The notes: generated by a model not told the origin, from the sequence alone. Numbered from the stretch's first letter, positions 51,722-61,529 are shown. The stretch is DNA of 64,000 nucleotides from Halobacteria archaeon (GCA_038869515.1 JAWCQZ010000008.1:12633-76632), one strand, 5' to 3'. Translations and numbers: made by a program.

Positions 51722-51805
51722 GGGGGTAGTCCTCGGTCCCCCCATATATCTCGCGCGACCGGAGGGCCCCGAAAGGGGTATCCTCCCCCTGGGAGATGAC
51801 CACCC

Positions 51806-52594
51806 ATGGCCGCCGAGCCCCCCGCGGGACCGAACCCTCCCCCGCCGCCCGCCGCGAAGCCGCGCCGCAGGTGGGTCCTCCCCGTCGCGGTCCTCTTGGT
51901 CGGACTCCTCCTGGGGCTCGCCTTCTACGCCGGGACCCGGGTGGGCGGCCCCCGCGACCTCGCGATGCCCCCCCTGAGCCCCGAAGCGCGCGAGGTCTCG
52001 GTCAAGGTTCCCGGGATCGACACCTCGGGGGAGGGGGTCATCGCCAACCTGACCGCCCGGGTCCAGCCCGGCGGCGGGCTCGTCCTGGTGAGCGTGAACA
52101 ACGCCAAGGCCGCCCCCGACACCCAGGTCTCGGCTCTCACCGCGGCGCGGGTAGCGGCCAACCTGACGGGGCGCAGCCTGGGCGCCGTGGATGTGATTTA
52201 CTCGGTGCAGGCCGACGCCCAGGTGGTGGAGGGTCCCTCGGCCGGGGCGGCCATGGCGGTCGCAGCCGCGGCTGCGCTGGAGGGGCGGACCCCAAATCCG
52301 AGGGTGGCCATCACCGGGACCGTGGAGCCCGACGGCTCCGTGGGCGCCGTCGGGGGGGTGGAGGAGAAGGCGGCGGCGGCGCGGGACAAGGGCGTGACCC
52401 TCTTCCTCGTGGCCCCGGGCCAGAACACCGCGGGGCGCCTCGCCGAGCCGGTCCGGCGCTGCCTCACCGAAGAGTCGCTCCGGCTCTGCACGGTGGAGTT
52501 CGAGGAGCGGAGGGTGGACCTGGGGGGGCGCCTGGGCATCCGGGTGGCGGAGGTGGCCACGGTGAAGGAGGCGCTGGAGAGGTTCTATGAGTGA
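51806..52594 (+). CDS. Membrane-anchored stand-alone Lon-protease C-terminal (S16) proteolytic domain protein
   Basis: An N-terminal TM helix (WVLPVAVLLVGLLLGLAFYA) is followed by a Lon_C domain with the catalytic Ser in …VVEGPSAGAAMAVAAAAAL… and Lys in …GGVEEKAAAAR…. There is no AAA+ module. Confidence 0.7.
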   Translation: MAAEPPAGPNPPPPPAAKPRRRWVLPVAVLLVGLLLGLAFYAGTRVGGPRDLAMPPLSPEAREVSVKVPGIDTSGEGVIANLTARVQPGGGLVLVSVNNAKAAPDTQVSALTAARVAANLTGRSLGAVDVIYSVQADAQVVEGPSAGAAMAVAAAAALEGRTPNPRVAITGTVEPDGSVGAVGGVEEKAAAARDKGVTLFLVAPGQNTAGRLAEPVRRCLTEESLRLCTVEFEERRVDLGGRLGIRVAEVATVKEALERFYE

Positions 52595-53198
52595 ACCCCT
52601 GGAGGGGGGGGCTCCGCCCCCCCCGCCGTTCCGGTCCACTCCGGGGGGGTCGCCTCCAGGACTCCCCCCGAGGCCGAGACGGACGGTCGGCTCAATGGCC
52701 GTCGCGGCGGCTCTGGCGGCGGGGATTGCATTGGGCCTGCTGCTCGCCCCCTCTCCCCCGCAGGCCCTCTCCCTCCAGAGCGAGTTCCAGGGGCGCCTCA
52801 AGGCGGCCCTCGACCTGGTGGACTACGCCCCCGTGAACGTCACCACCTCCGAGCTCGGCATCCACCTCACCTCGGGCTGCCTCCGCCTCACCCTCGCGGC
52901 CCTCCCGGCCCAGACCCAGTCGGTCGCCAACGGCCTCGCCGGGAGGATTGACGTCCGGCCCAACGCCCACGACCTGATGGCGGAGATGCTCCGCGCATTC
53001 AACACCACCCTCCTCCAGATCCGGGTGGAGCGGCTCGCCGGGGACGTCTACTACGGCCGGCTGAACCTCCAGCAGGGCTCCACCATCCTCAGCCTCGACG
53101 CCCGGCCGAGCGACGCCATCGCCTTGGCGGTCCGGCTCAACGGGACGGTCCACGTGAACTCGACCCTGCTGCAGAAGGAGGGGCGGGGAGTCTGCTGA
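52587..53198 (+). CDS. Membrane-anchored DUF151 (bifunctional-nuclease, BFN) domain protein
   Basis: A Pro-rich N-terminus and TM helix are followed by a C-terminal …LSLDARPSDAIALAVRLNGTVHVNSTLL… typical of DUF151. The gene overlaps the preceding gene by 8 nt. Confidence 0.55.
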   Translation: MSEPLEGGAPPPPPFRSTPGGSPPGLPPRPRRTVGSMAVAAALAAGIALGLLLAPSPPQALSLQSEFQGRLKAALDLVDYAPVNVTTSELGIHLTSGCLRLTLAALPAQTQSVANGLAGRIDVRPNAHDLMAEMLRAFNTTLLQIRVERLAGDVYYGRLNLQQGSTILSLDARPSDAIALAVRLNGTVHVNSTLLQKEGRGVC

Positions 53199-53222
53199 GG
53201 CGCGCCCGGAGGGGCGCCGGCC

Positions 53223-54467
53223 CTACCCCGACCCAGTCTCGTCCTTCAGCAACTCCCGAGCGATGGTGAGCTCCTGGATTTCGTCGGTCCCGCCCCCTAG
53301 GGCGAGGAGCCGGACGTCCCGGTAGAGCTTCTCGACGGGGTATTCCGAGAGGAAGCCGTAGCCGCCGAAGATCTGGATCGCCTCCCGGCAGACGTCCTCG
53401 GCAGCCTTGCCGCAGTAGAGCTTGGCGGCGCAGGCGTCCTGCATGTTCCGGACGTTGTTCTTCATCATCCAGATTTGCTTCAGCATGAGGTTCTTCACGT
53501 TCTCCCGGTGCATGTACATGAAGGCCAGTTTCTTCTGGACCATCTGGTACTCCGCGATGGGGCGGCCGAACTGGACCCGCTCCTTCGAGTACTTCACGCA
53601 CTCGTCGATGCACCGCTCGATGACCCCGAGGGCCATGGCGGGGGCGCCGGAGCGCTCGCCCTCGAGGATGGAGATGGCCTGGATCCGGCTCGGGTCCTTC
53701 TCCTTCCCCCCGAGCAGGTGGTCCTTGGTCACGGTGACCTCGTTCATGTAGATGGCGCCGGTGGGGCTGGTCCGCATCCCCATCTTCTTGAAGGGCTTGC
53801 TGGTCTCCAATCCGTCCATCCCGCGCTCCAGGATGAAGCCGTGGACCTTCCGCTGGGCAGGGTCGCTGCCCGGGTGGTCGATGCGGGCGTAAACGACGAA
53901 GGTGTCGGCGTAGGGGGCGTTTGTCACGAGCGTCTTCTGGCCCGTGAGGACGTATTTGTCCCCCTGGACCTTCGCCACCGACTTCAGGCCGAAGGCGTTG
54001 CTCCCGCTGTCGGGCTCGGTGAGCCCCCAGGCGCCGATTTTGTCGAGGAGGAGAACCGGAAGGGCGTATTTCTCTTTCTGAACCATGGTGCCCTTCGCCA
54101 TAATGGTCCGGCCGCAGAGGCCGAGGGAGGCGCCGAGGGAGAGGGCGAGGCCGGGGTCGATGCGGGAGATTTCCACGAAAAGGAGGAGAAAGAGGGTCGG
54201 GTCCTGGGCGGTGCCCCCGCTGAAGAGGTCCGCCTCGGGGGCCCCCTCCATCGTGTCGCTCCCCTGCTCCTTCAGTTTCTTGCGGCGCGACTCCCACCCC
54301 GACTTGATCATCGAGGCGATGCCGAAGGTCTTCCAGATTTTGCGCATCGCCTCGTAGGTGAGGCGGTCGTCCTCCTCCATCTTCGGGACCATGGGCTGGA
54401 TCTCCTTCGCGAGGTAGGAGCGGAACATCTGGCGCGCCGCAAGTTGCTCCTTGGTGAAGTCGAACAC
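53223..54467 (-). CDS. Acyl-CoA dehydrogenase (second copy)
   Basis: 414 aa with the ACAD fold (…AWGLTEPDSGSNAFG…, …IQIFGGYGF… and a catalytic Glu near the C-terminus). Confidence 0.9.
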   Translation of the reverse strand: MFDFTKEQLAARQMFRSYLAKEIQPMVPKMEEDDRLTYEAMRKIWKTFGIASMIKSGWESRRKKLKEQGSDTMEGAPEADLFSGGTAQDPTLFLLLFVEISRIDPGLALSLGASLGLCGRTIMAKGTMVQKEKYALPVLLLDKIGAWGLTEPDSGSNAFGLKSVAKVQGDKYVLTGQKTLVTNAPYADTFVVYARIDHPGSDPAQRKVHGFILERGMDGLETSKPFKKMGMRTSPTGAIYMNEVTVTKDHLLGGKEKDPSRIQAISILEGERSGAPAMALGVIERCIDECVKYSKERVQFGRPIAEYQMVQKKLAFMYMHRENVKNLMLKQIWMMKNNVRNMQDACAAKLYCGKAAEDVCREAIQIFGGYGFLSEYPVEKLYRDVRLLALGGGTDEIQELTIARELLKDETGSG

Positions 54468-54567
54468 GATGGGGGTGTGGGGGCACCGCCCTTTTAAAAC
54501 TTCTCCGGGGGCGCGGAAAGCGCTTCAAACTTGTTTCGGCCGAGAAACCTGCTTTCGGGGCAGAAAC

Positions 54568-55020
54568 ATGGAAATTTTCTTATGCCCGGGGAGGGCAGGA
54601 CAGGCCATGGGCGCCCTCGACGACGTCCGGGCCAAGTTCCAGGCGGGGAGCGCCCGCCCGGAGGACCTCGGGCTCCTCTTCAAGGCGATAGAGGAGCTGG
54701 CCTCCCGGGACCCCGACGTCCAGGCCGAACTCAACGGCGTGAGGGACGTCACCGTCAACTTCGTGGTGGAGAAGACCGACCTCAAGACCTACCTGAGAAT
54801 CGCCAACCACCGGCTCCAGTTCGGCGTCGGGACCGCCCCCAACCCCGACGTCACCCTCTCGGTGAGCGCCGAAGTGGCGGCCTACCTGGCGGCGGCCAAC
54901 ATGGACAAGGTCCGGGAGGCGGTCTTCGCCGGAGGGTTCAACGTTGTGAGCGGGGACATCAACAAGTCCATGGCCCTCCTGCCCATCTTTGAAATGGTCG
55001 TGGAGAAACTGCAGGCCTGA
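54568..55020 (+). CDS. SCP2 sterol-carrier-like lipid-binding domain protein
   Basis: …LNGVRDVTVNFVVEKTDLKTYL… resembles the SCP2 family. An alternative start (MGALDD) lies at 54607. Confidence 0.7.
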   Translation: MEIFLCPGRAGQAMGALDDVRAKFQAGSARPEDLGLLFKAIEELASRDPDVQAELNGVRDVTVNFVVEKTDLKTYLRIANHRLQFGVGTAPNPDVTLSVSAEVAAYLAAANMDKVREAVFAGGFNVVSGDINKSMALLPIFEMVVEKLQA

Positions 55021-55122
55021 TGCGGGGGGCCGGTCAGGTCCTCCGGCGGCCCGCGGCGGCGGAGAGGATTCCCCGGTTCGGCCGCCTCTCGTGCATCCGT
55101 CCCCTCGGGAGTCGGCCTTCCG

Positions 55123-55767
55123 TCACATCCGGACCTTGACGGCGAAGCCCACTCCGTCCCGCACCGGGAGGAGGGTCATCCGGAACCGGGGGTCGCGAAG
55201 CATCTGGCCGGTGAACGCCCGGATGGCACGGGTCTCCGGGCTCCGGTCCCCCGTCGCCACGAGTCCCGACCAGAGCAGGTTGTCCACCAGGAGGAGGGCG
55301 CCGGGCTTCATGCGGGGCGCGAAGTTGCGGCGGGCGTCGGGGTATCCCTCCTTGTCGATGTCCATGAAGAGGATGTCCGCCCGCTCCACCGGGAGCGCGT
55401 CCAGGAGGTCGAGGGCGTCTCCGACATGGAATTTGAACCGCCTTCCGAAGCCCATCCGGCCCAGGCAATCCCGCGCCATCTCCGCGTGGTTCTCCGAGGC
55501 GTCGGTGAGGTGGATGGCCCCCCTCGGGCCCATGCCGCGCAGGAACCACGCCGCGGAGTATCCGAACCCGGAGCCGAGTTCAACGACGAGACGGGCCCGG
55601 ACAGCGCGAGCCGCGAGTTCGAGAAACCGCCCCACCTGGGGGCCCACGATGGGGAAGTCGAATCTGCGCGCGTAGGACTCCATCTCCCGGAGGACCGGGT
55701 GAGGGCTCGGGAGGCGCCGGGCCAGGTAGTCCTCGACGCGGGGAGTGTGGATTCCGGTGACCGCCAC
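55123..55767 (-). CDS. Class I SAM-dependent O-methyltransferase (family 3, caffeoyl-CoA OMT-like)
   Basis: …VVELGSGFGYSAAW…, …ILFMDIDKEGY… and …GALLLVDNLLWSG…. Confidence 0.85.
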   Translation of the reverse strand: MAVTGIHTPRVEDYLARRLPSPHPVLREMESYARRFDFPIVGPQVGRFLELAARAVRARLVVELGSGFGYSAAWFLRGMGPRGAIHLTDASENHAEMARDCLGRMGFGRRFKFHVGDALDLLDALPVERADILFMDIDKEGYPDARRNFAPRMKPGALLLVDNLLWSGLVATGDRSPETRAIRAFTGQMLRDPRFRMTLLPVRDGVGFAVKVRM

Positions 55768-55770
55768 TCC

Positions 55771-56247
55771 TCAGACCATCCAACCGGGTTTCCGCTTCCT
55801 CAGCCAGCCGTCCACGCTGAGGAGGTAGCACCCCGTGAGGCCCAGGGAGAGGGCCGCGCCGAGGGTGGTGAGGTCCTTGAGGATCCCCACCTGCCACCGG
55901 GGGACTCCGAAGAGGGAGACGATGAGGACCATCTCCACCGCCACAAGGGCGCAGGCGTAGCGGGTGAACGCGCCGAAGAGGAGGAGGAGCCCGAGGGCCG
56001 CCTCGCCGATGCCGAACACGTAGAGCGTGAGCGCCTGGGCGGTCGGCTCGGAGAGGCCGGGGACCGCCTGCTGCAGGAGCTGGAATCCCGCGCGGCCGCC
56101 GCTGGCCAGTTTCGAGTGTCCCTCGATGAGGAAGAGAGCAGCGAGGCCGAACCGGAGGGGGAGAGTCGAGAGCCGTTCGCCTTTCCGGACCACTTCCCAG
56201 CCCCACCGGAAGAGAGGCCGAGGGTCCACCGGGGACTGGAGGGGCAT
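55771..56247 (-). CDS. DoxX-family membrane protein
   Basis: 158 aa with four TM helices in the DoxX pattern. Confidence 0.75.
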   Translation of the reverse strand: MPLQSPVDPRPLFRWGWEVVRKGERLSTLPLRFGLAALFLIEGHSKLASGGRAGFQLLQQAVPGLSEPTAQALTLYVFGIGEAALGLLLLFGAFTRYACALVAVEMVLIVSLFGVPRWQVGILKDLTTLGAALSLGLTGCYLLSVDGWLRKRKPGWMV

Positions 56248-56299
56248 GGCAGTTCAGGTTCCCTCCGTCCATGGCTCGCTAAAACGTTGTCGACAGGGG

Positions 56300-57619
56300 T
56301 CAGCGGGAGACCTTCCCCGTCCCCCGGCCGGTGAGGCGCGCGAGATAGTCGGCGAGCCCCTTGTAGATGAGGTCCACCCGCTGGGGGAGGGTCGTCTCGG
56401 TGCTCAGGACGAGGGCCTGGGGGTCCACCTTGGCCAGGGCGCGGGTGATTTCGAGGTTCTTGGCCGCGAAGGTGGCGTGGTACATCTGCTGGAGGTCGGG
56501 GTCGTGGGTGTCCACCAGCCAGGTGCGGCCCGTCTCGGGGTGCTGGAACCCCATGAGCCCCATGTCGGGGAGCGTGTCGTCAATCGGGTCGGTGACTCGG
56601 AAGTTGACGATCCAGCGGTTGCCCTTCTTGAGGTCGCGGATGACCTCCGCGAGGGCGTTCCATCCCCCGCTCCACTCCTCGACGTGCTGGAACGGGGAGA
56701 GGACGATGACGATGGAGCGGGGCGTGATGCGGTTCACCGCCACCATCTGGGAGATGGCCTTGGGGAGGTCGCTCCGGCCCCGGGGGTAGTACTTGTTGAG
56801 TTTGTAGAGGATGTCGTAGAAGTGGTTCTTCCCGTTGCTCGGGTCGATGATGTAGCCGGCGCTGTCGGTCAGGAAGCCGATGCCGAGGAGGTCCTCGTTG
56901 ACGGTGGTGAGGCAGCCGATGAGGGCGGCGGTCTCGGCCATGACGTTCCACTTCCGGTCCACGATGCCCTCCCACGATTGGGCCGAGGCGTCGAGGAGGA
57001 CCCAGAAGGTCCGGGCGTCGGGGGGCGGGGGCCGCGTCAGAATCTTGCCACCGCGGGCGCTCTGCTTCCAGTCGATGAGCCGGGCGTCGTCTCCCGCCTC
57101 CATGACCTTGCGGTCGTAGGGGTCGCTGCCCTTCAGCATCTGGAAGAGCAGCTCCATGGAGCCCGAGCGCGCCATGCTGTCGGTGGAGCGGACCCCGAAG
57201 AGGTAGTCCTCCACGATGCGCTGGAGCCGCTTCTTCAGGCGGGCCTCCACCAGGGAGGTGGTGTCGAAGGAGGAGCCGGTGAGGGAGAAGAGGCCCTTGA
57301 AGCGCTCCCGCCCCCCCTTCGGCGCGGGGGCCGGGGGGGCGCCGGGAGGGGAACGGGAAGGAGGGGCGCCGCGCGGAGGGGGGAGCCGTCCGCCCGGAGG
57401 GGGGGGCGCGGTCCGGCCGGGGGAGGGGGCGGGCCGCCCCGGAACGGCCCCGGGCCGGGGAGCGGCGGGGGCGGGCCGGGGGGGAGCCATCAGCGGCGGC
57501 CGGGAAGAGGCGACGCCGCCCTTTTCCCGAATCGCCGCGCGGACGTAGGCGGGCGGGACCGCGGGTTGGCCCTGCGCCGGGGGCTGGGGCTTGGGGGGCG
57601 GTTTGGACGCCTCGGCCAT
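56300..57619 (-). CDS. DUF58 (vWA-like, MoxR-associated family) protein with a long Pro-rich N-terminal region
   Basis: 439 aa from MAEASKPPP… (ATG 57617-57619). A 100-aa Pro/Ala-rich segment is followed by a DUF58 core (…FYDILYKLNKYYPRGRSDLPKAISQMVAVNRITPRSIVIVLSPF…). Confidence 0.7.
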   Translation of the reverse strand: MAEASKPPPKPQPPAQGQPAVPPAYVRAAIREKGGVASSRPPLMAPPRPAPAAPRPGAVPGRPAPSPGRTAPPPPGGRLPPPRGAPPSRSPPGAPPAPAPKGGRERFKGLFSLTGSSFDTTSLVEARLKKRLQRIVEDYLFGVRSTDSMARSGSMELLFQMLKGSDPYDRKVMEAGDDARLIDWKQSARGGKILTRPPPPDARTFWVLLDASAQSWEGIVDRKWNVMAETAALIGCLTTVNEDLLGIGFLTDSAGYIIDPSNGKNHFYDILYKLNKYYPRGRSDLPKAISQMVAVNRITPRSIVIVLSPFQHVEEWSGGWNALAEVIRDLKKGNRWIVNFRVTDPIDDTLPDMGLMGFQHPETGRTWLVDTHDPDLQQMYHATFAAKNLEITRALAKVDPQALVLSTETTLPQRVDLIYKGLADYLARLTGRGTGKVSR

Positions 57620-57698
57620 CAGGCGGCGTCTCCCCCCGGTGTTCCCGTCCCCACATCGTCGCGTCCCATGGGCCCTTCGACCCACTTCCTTCGGAGGA

Positions 57699-59318
57699 AG
57701 GATGAAGTCTCCGCGGAGGATGGGGGGCGCGATGGCCTCGCCGGAGAAGCGCCCCTCTCTCTTCGGGCCCTTCCCCGAGTATCGCCTCGACCTCACCGCC
57801 CCGCTCGACCGCGCCCGCGAGAGGGAGCGGAAGGGGGACCTGGAGGAGGCCCTGCTCCTGGCGAGCCGGTTCTTCGACGAGACCGCCAAGGAGATTCTCG
57901 GGGGGAGGTCCGAGTTCGTCCCCAACGCCGCCAGCGCGGCGCGGTGCGTGGTGCGGTGCTGCGTGAAGATGGAGAGGCCGGAGCGGGCCAGGAAGTTCAT
58001 CGCCGACGCACGGTCCCGCGTCCCGCAGGAGGGTCCCGGCCCCCTCCGCCTCCGCGCCCGGCTCCGGGAGGAGGAGGCGCGCCTCCGGGAGTTCGAGGAG
58101 ACCCTCGGGGAGTTCCGGGCGCGGGCCGAGGGGTTCCGGTCCCGCGCGTCGCCATCGGTCCAGGGGCACGCCCTGCCCCTCGGCCTCTCGGCGCGCCACG
58201 CCGCGGCCGCCTGCAAGGAGATGGGCGCGGAGGCCCTCGGGGTGCGGCTCCTCGCCGAGGCGGCGCAGGGCCTCCTCGGGGCGCGCTCGACCGACCTCCG
58301 CCCCCTCGTGGCGGCGCTGGAACTCCTCGCGGCGGAGATGGACCGGCTCGGCTCGCCGGGCGAGGCGGCCCGGACGCTGGAGGCGGCCCGCCTGCGGGCG
58401 GAGTCGGCCTTGGCCCTCTTCCGGGCGGCCGGGGCTCTCTTCGGGGCGCCCGCGAGCTCCGACCCGGTGGCCCGCCTCCTGCGGCTCGAGGCGGCCCACC
58501 GGCGGAGGGGCGGGGACCGGGCGGGCGCCCGGAGATGCCTCGACGCGCTGACCCGCCTGCAGCCCGGCGAGGCGGCGGTTGAGCTCGCCCTCCTCGGAGA
58601 TGCGGGGCCGGCCCTTGACGACCTCGCATCCGCGGCGCCTCCGCCGGAGGAGGTGGTGTTCGTCCTGGAGTTCCGCGCCCGCCTCCTGCTCCGCCTCGGC
58701 CGCGAAGAGGAGGGGCGGCGGGCGGCGCGGGAGGCCCTGGGGCTCTTCCGCGCCGCGGAGCGGCCCCCCCTCGAAGACGAGTGGTACCAGCGGTGGCTGA
58801 GCCGCCTCCACCGGGCCGCGGGCGAGTACCGGCGGCTGCGGCTCCGGGAGGCTGCGGGCGAGGAGGTCGCGCCCGCCCTGGAGGCGCTCGCCTCCGACCT
58901 GGCCCGGTTCGGGCTTGAGGTCCGCGCGATGGAGCGCGGGGTGGCGGACGAGGCGGCGGGCCACATCCTCCTGCGGGCGGGGCGGCGTGAGGCGGCCTTC
59001 CACTCCTTCCACCGCGCCCTCGAGGCCTACCGGGAGGAGGAGTGGGAGGGGAGCGAGCACATCTACGAGGACGACTTCCTGATGCTCGACGCCCTCGGGA
59101 GGGAGGAGGCGCTCCTCCGGCTGACCGACCCCCGCTGGAGACATCCGCCGGAGCGGGTGGAAGCCCTCATGCGGGCCGCCTTCGACCCCGGCGAGTTCCG
59201 GAGGTTCGGCGACCACGCGGTCGAGGACTACTTCGCGGGGCTCAACCCGGGGCCCCTCGACCGCGACCCGGAGGAAGTGACCGCGGAAATCAAACTTCCC
59301 GAGGGTCCGAGGGGCTGA
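57699..59318 (+). CDS. Ala/Arg/Glu-rich alpha-helical repeat protein, hypothetical
   Basis: A long ORF with helical-repeat character. The start is uncertain (57591 or 57699). It could be partly an artefact of GC-rich DNA. Confidence 0.4.
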   Translation, partial: RMKSPRRMGGAMASPEKRPSLFGPFPEYRLDLTAPLDRARERERKGDLEEALLLASRFFDETAKEILGGRSEFVPNAASAARCVVRCCVKMERPERARKFIADARSRVPQEGPGPLRLRARLREEEARLREFEETLGEFRARAEGFRSRASPSVQGHALPLGLSARHAAAACKEMGAEALGVRLLAEAAQGLLGARSTDLRPLVAALELLAAEMDRLGSPGEAARTLEAARLRAESALALFRAAGALFGAPASSDPVARLLRLEAAHRRRGGDRAGARRCLDALTRLQPGEAAVELALLGDAGPALDDLASAAPPPEEVVFVLEFRARLLLRLGREEEGRRAAREALGLFRAAERPPLEDEWYQRWLSRLHRAAGEYRRLRLREAAGEEVAPALEALASDLARFGLEVRAMERGVADEAAGHILLRAGRREAAFHSFHRALEAYREEEWEGSEHIYEDDFLMLDALGREEALLRLTDPRWRHPPERVEALMRAAFDPGEFRRFGDHAVEDYFAGLNPGPLDRDPEEVTAEIKLPEGPRG

Positions 59319-59853
59319 GCCGCGGCGCGTAGCGGGCCGTCAGGCCGAGGAGCCCGTAGCCGATGCCGACGAGAATCAGCAGGAACTTCGGGATGGCGCA
59401 GAGCGGGGCGAGAGGGGCCCAGGCGTAGTTCCCCTCCAGGGAGGCGAGGATGGAGAGATTCTCCACGCCGTCGAGCGCCCCGCCCGCCCACTGGAGCCAC
59501 GCGAGGGGAACCGCCGCGGAGGCGAGGGGCCAGCGGCGCGCCCGCAGGAGGTCGCCGCTCCAGAGGCAGGCGAGGGCGAGGCCGGTGGAGTAGACGACGG
59601 CGTAGAGGCAGTCGAGGCCGAGGTCGAACCCCGCCCGGGCGCGCTGCTCGGGGCCCCACGACTCGACGGCGGCGCGGGCCCGCTCCGGGTCGCCGGTGAA
59701 CTCCATCGTGAGGACTCCGAGGGGGGCCGCCGGAGTCCGGAGAGGGGCGCCGCCGGAGAAGAGCGCCAGGGTGAGGAGCGCGAAGAGGCCGAGGAGGGCG
59801 AGGAAGACCCGGAGGCGCTTCTGCGGGGGGACCGCCTGGAGGGGGTGGTTCAC
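59290..59853 (-). CDS. Membrane protein, hypothetical
   Basis: 187 aa with about 5 hydrophobic helices. Confidence 0.4.
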   Translation of the reverse strand: MNHPLQAVPPQKRLRVFLALLGLFALLTLALFSGGAPLRTPAAPLGVLTMEFTGDPERARAAVESWGPEQRARAGFDLGLDCLYAVVYSTGLALACLWSGDLLRARRWPLASAAVPLAWLQWAGGALDGVENLSILASLEGNYAWAPLAPLCAIPKFLLILVGIGYGLLGLTARYAPRLSPSDPREV

Positions 59854-59889
59854 GGGCGAAGGTTAAGGTCCCCCGGTAAAGGCTTCCCC

Positions 59890-60501
59890 ATGCCCGGGCG
59901 CCAGCGGCTGGCCTTCCTGACCTCCAACCGCCACAAGTTCCTCGAGGCGCGCGCCGCCCTCGGGCCGGAGGTGGCGCTGGAGCAGATTGCGGTCCCAAAG
60001 CCCGAGTTGCAGGCGGACGACCTCGAGACCATCGCGCGGTTCGGCGCCGGGTTTGCGGCGCGGGTCCTGGGGCGGCCGGTGGTGGTGGAGGACACCGGGC
60101 TCTTCGTCGACGCGCTGAGGGGGTTCCCGGGCCCCTACTCCAACTACGTCTTCCGCACCATCGGCAACGCCGGAGTGCTGAGACTGCTCGACGGTGCGAA
60201 GAACCGGAAGGCGCTCTTCCGGTCGGTCGTCGCCTTCGCTGTGCCGGGAGGGGAGCCGGCGACCTTCGCGGGGGAGGTGCGGGGGCGCATCGGCCTCGCT
60301 CCGCGGGGCAAGGGCGGCTTCGGGTATGACCCGGTCTTCATCTACAAGGGGCGGACGCTGGCGGAGATGTCGGTGCGGGAGAAGGGGGCCGTTTCCCACC
60401 GGGGGAGGGCGTTCCGGAGGTTCGGGACGTGGTGGACTGTCGCCGGGAGGAGGAGAGGAGCTACGCTCCCCTCCCCCTTCCGGGACTCCGCCACGGTTTA
60501 G
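59890..60501 (+). CDS. Non-canonical purine NTP pyrophosphatase (Ham1/RdgB/ITPase)
   Basis: …LAFLTSNRHKFLEA… and …FGYDPVF… match the Ham1 family. Confidence 0.85.
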   Translation: MPGRQRLAFLTSNRHKFLEARAALGPEVALEQIAVPKPELQADDLETIARFGAGFAARVLGRPVVVEDTGLFVDALRGFPGPYSNYVFRTIGNAGVLRLLDGAKNRKALFRSVVAFAVPGGEPATFAGEVRGRIGLAPRGKGGFGYDPVFIYKGRTLAEMSVREKGAVSHRGRAFRRFGTWWTVAGRRRGATLPSPFRDSATV

Positions 60502-60599
60502 GACCCCCTGGCACAGAAGGGGCAGGAGCGTGCCGGTTTTGCGCCTATCCGTCCCCTCATCCGGAGGATGGGGGGCCGGGGGTTGATGGTGCTGGGGGC

Positions 60600-61529
60600 T
60601 TAAGAGGCGGAGAAATTCATCCTAGAGGATGGTGGGGACCCCGCCAGCCAGAACATCCGCTGGACCTGCTCCTCGATATTCGGGAACATGTCGGGGCAGT
60701 GGCCGTGGCAGGTCCCGTTGAAGACGTAGAAGAACTTGGGCTCACGGGCCCGGTCGAAGAGGGCGCGACCCTGCTCGACAGGCACGATGGAGTCCTCCCG
60801 GGAGTGGAAGAACGCCACCGGCCGCCCGGAAATGCGGGCCACGGCGGAGCTCGGGTCCAGGTCGGGCCCCAGACGGGAGTCGGGGAAGCCGCTGAACGCG
60901 AGGACCCCCTTGAAGCGGGGCTCCGCTCCCGCGGCCACCAGGGCGGCGTTGGCGCCGATGGAGTCCCCCGACACGGCGATCGCCTCGGGGTCGAGGGCGG
61001 CGCGGAGGCTCCCCGGAAGGGGGGCCCGGAGGTGGTCGAATCCGCGGAGGAGGTCCCAAATCCATGTCCGGGCCTTCTCCGGGGTGATCTCCGCGTCTCC
61101 GCCCCGCTTCTCGACGCTGAGTGTGGCGACCCCGAGGGAGCCGAGGAACCGGGCCAGGTTCCGGGCCCCCTCCGCGTCAACGGTCCTCCCGGTCATGTGG
61201 ACCACCGCGGGCGTCAGGGCGGTGGCGTTGGTCCGGTTCGGGAGCCAGAGCACGGCCCGGGCCGTCCCGCCCAGGCTCGGGTAGGTGATGCGAGACTCGG
61301 TCAGGTTGCCGAGGTCGGTCTGCCCCTCCAGGAATGTCCCGATGGAGCCCCGGTCCCGGGACCATGAGGAGGCGTCCGCCGATGGGGCGGGGAGGGCCAG
61401 GAGGAGTCCGATCCCGACCAGAACGACGGCGGCGACCGCGAGCATCCAGCGGGGCATCCGGCGGGCGGCGGGAGCGGCCCTCCCGGGGCCCTTCTGGCCC
61501 CGGCCCTTGATCTCCTTAGTTCGACCCAT
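60600..61529 (-). CDS. Secreted/membrane alpha/beta-hydrolase (dienelactone hydrolase/S9-like)
   Basis: An N-terminal TM or signal segment and the nucleophile elbow GDSIG (…IAVSGDSIGANAAL…). The C-terminus includes …HSREDSIVP…. An alternative start at MPRWML (61457) would remove the 14-nt overlap with serB. Confidence 0.75.
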   Translation of the reverse strand: MGRTKEIKGRGQKGPGRAAPAARRMPRWMLAVAAVVLVGIGLLLALPAPSADASSWSRDRGSIGTFLEGQTDLGNLTESRITYPSLGGTARAVLWLPNRTNATALTPAVVHMTGRTVDAEGARNLARFLGSLGVATLSVEKRGGDAEITPEKARTWIWDLLRGFDHLRAPLPGSLRAALDPEAIAVSGDSIGANAALVAAGAEPRFKGVLAFSGFPDSRLGPDLDPSSAVARISGRPVAFFHSREDSIVPVEQGRALFDRAREPKFFYVFNGTCHGHCPDMFPNIEEQVQRMFWLAGSPPSSRMNFSAS

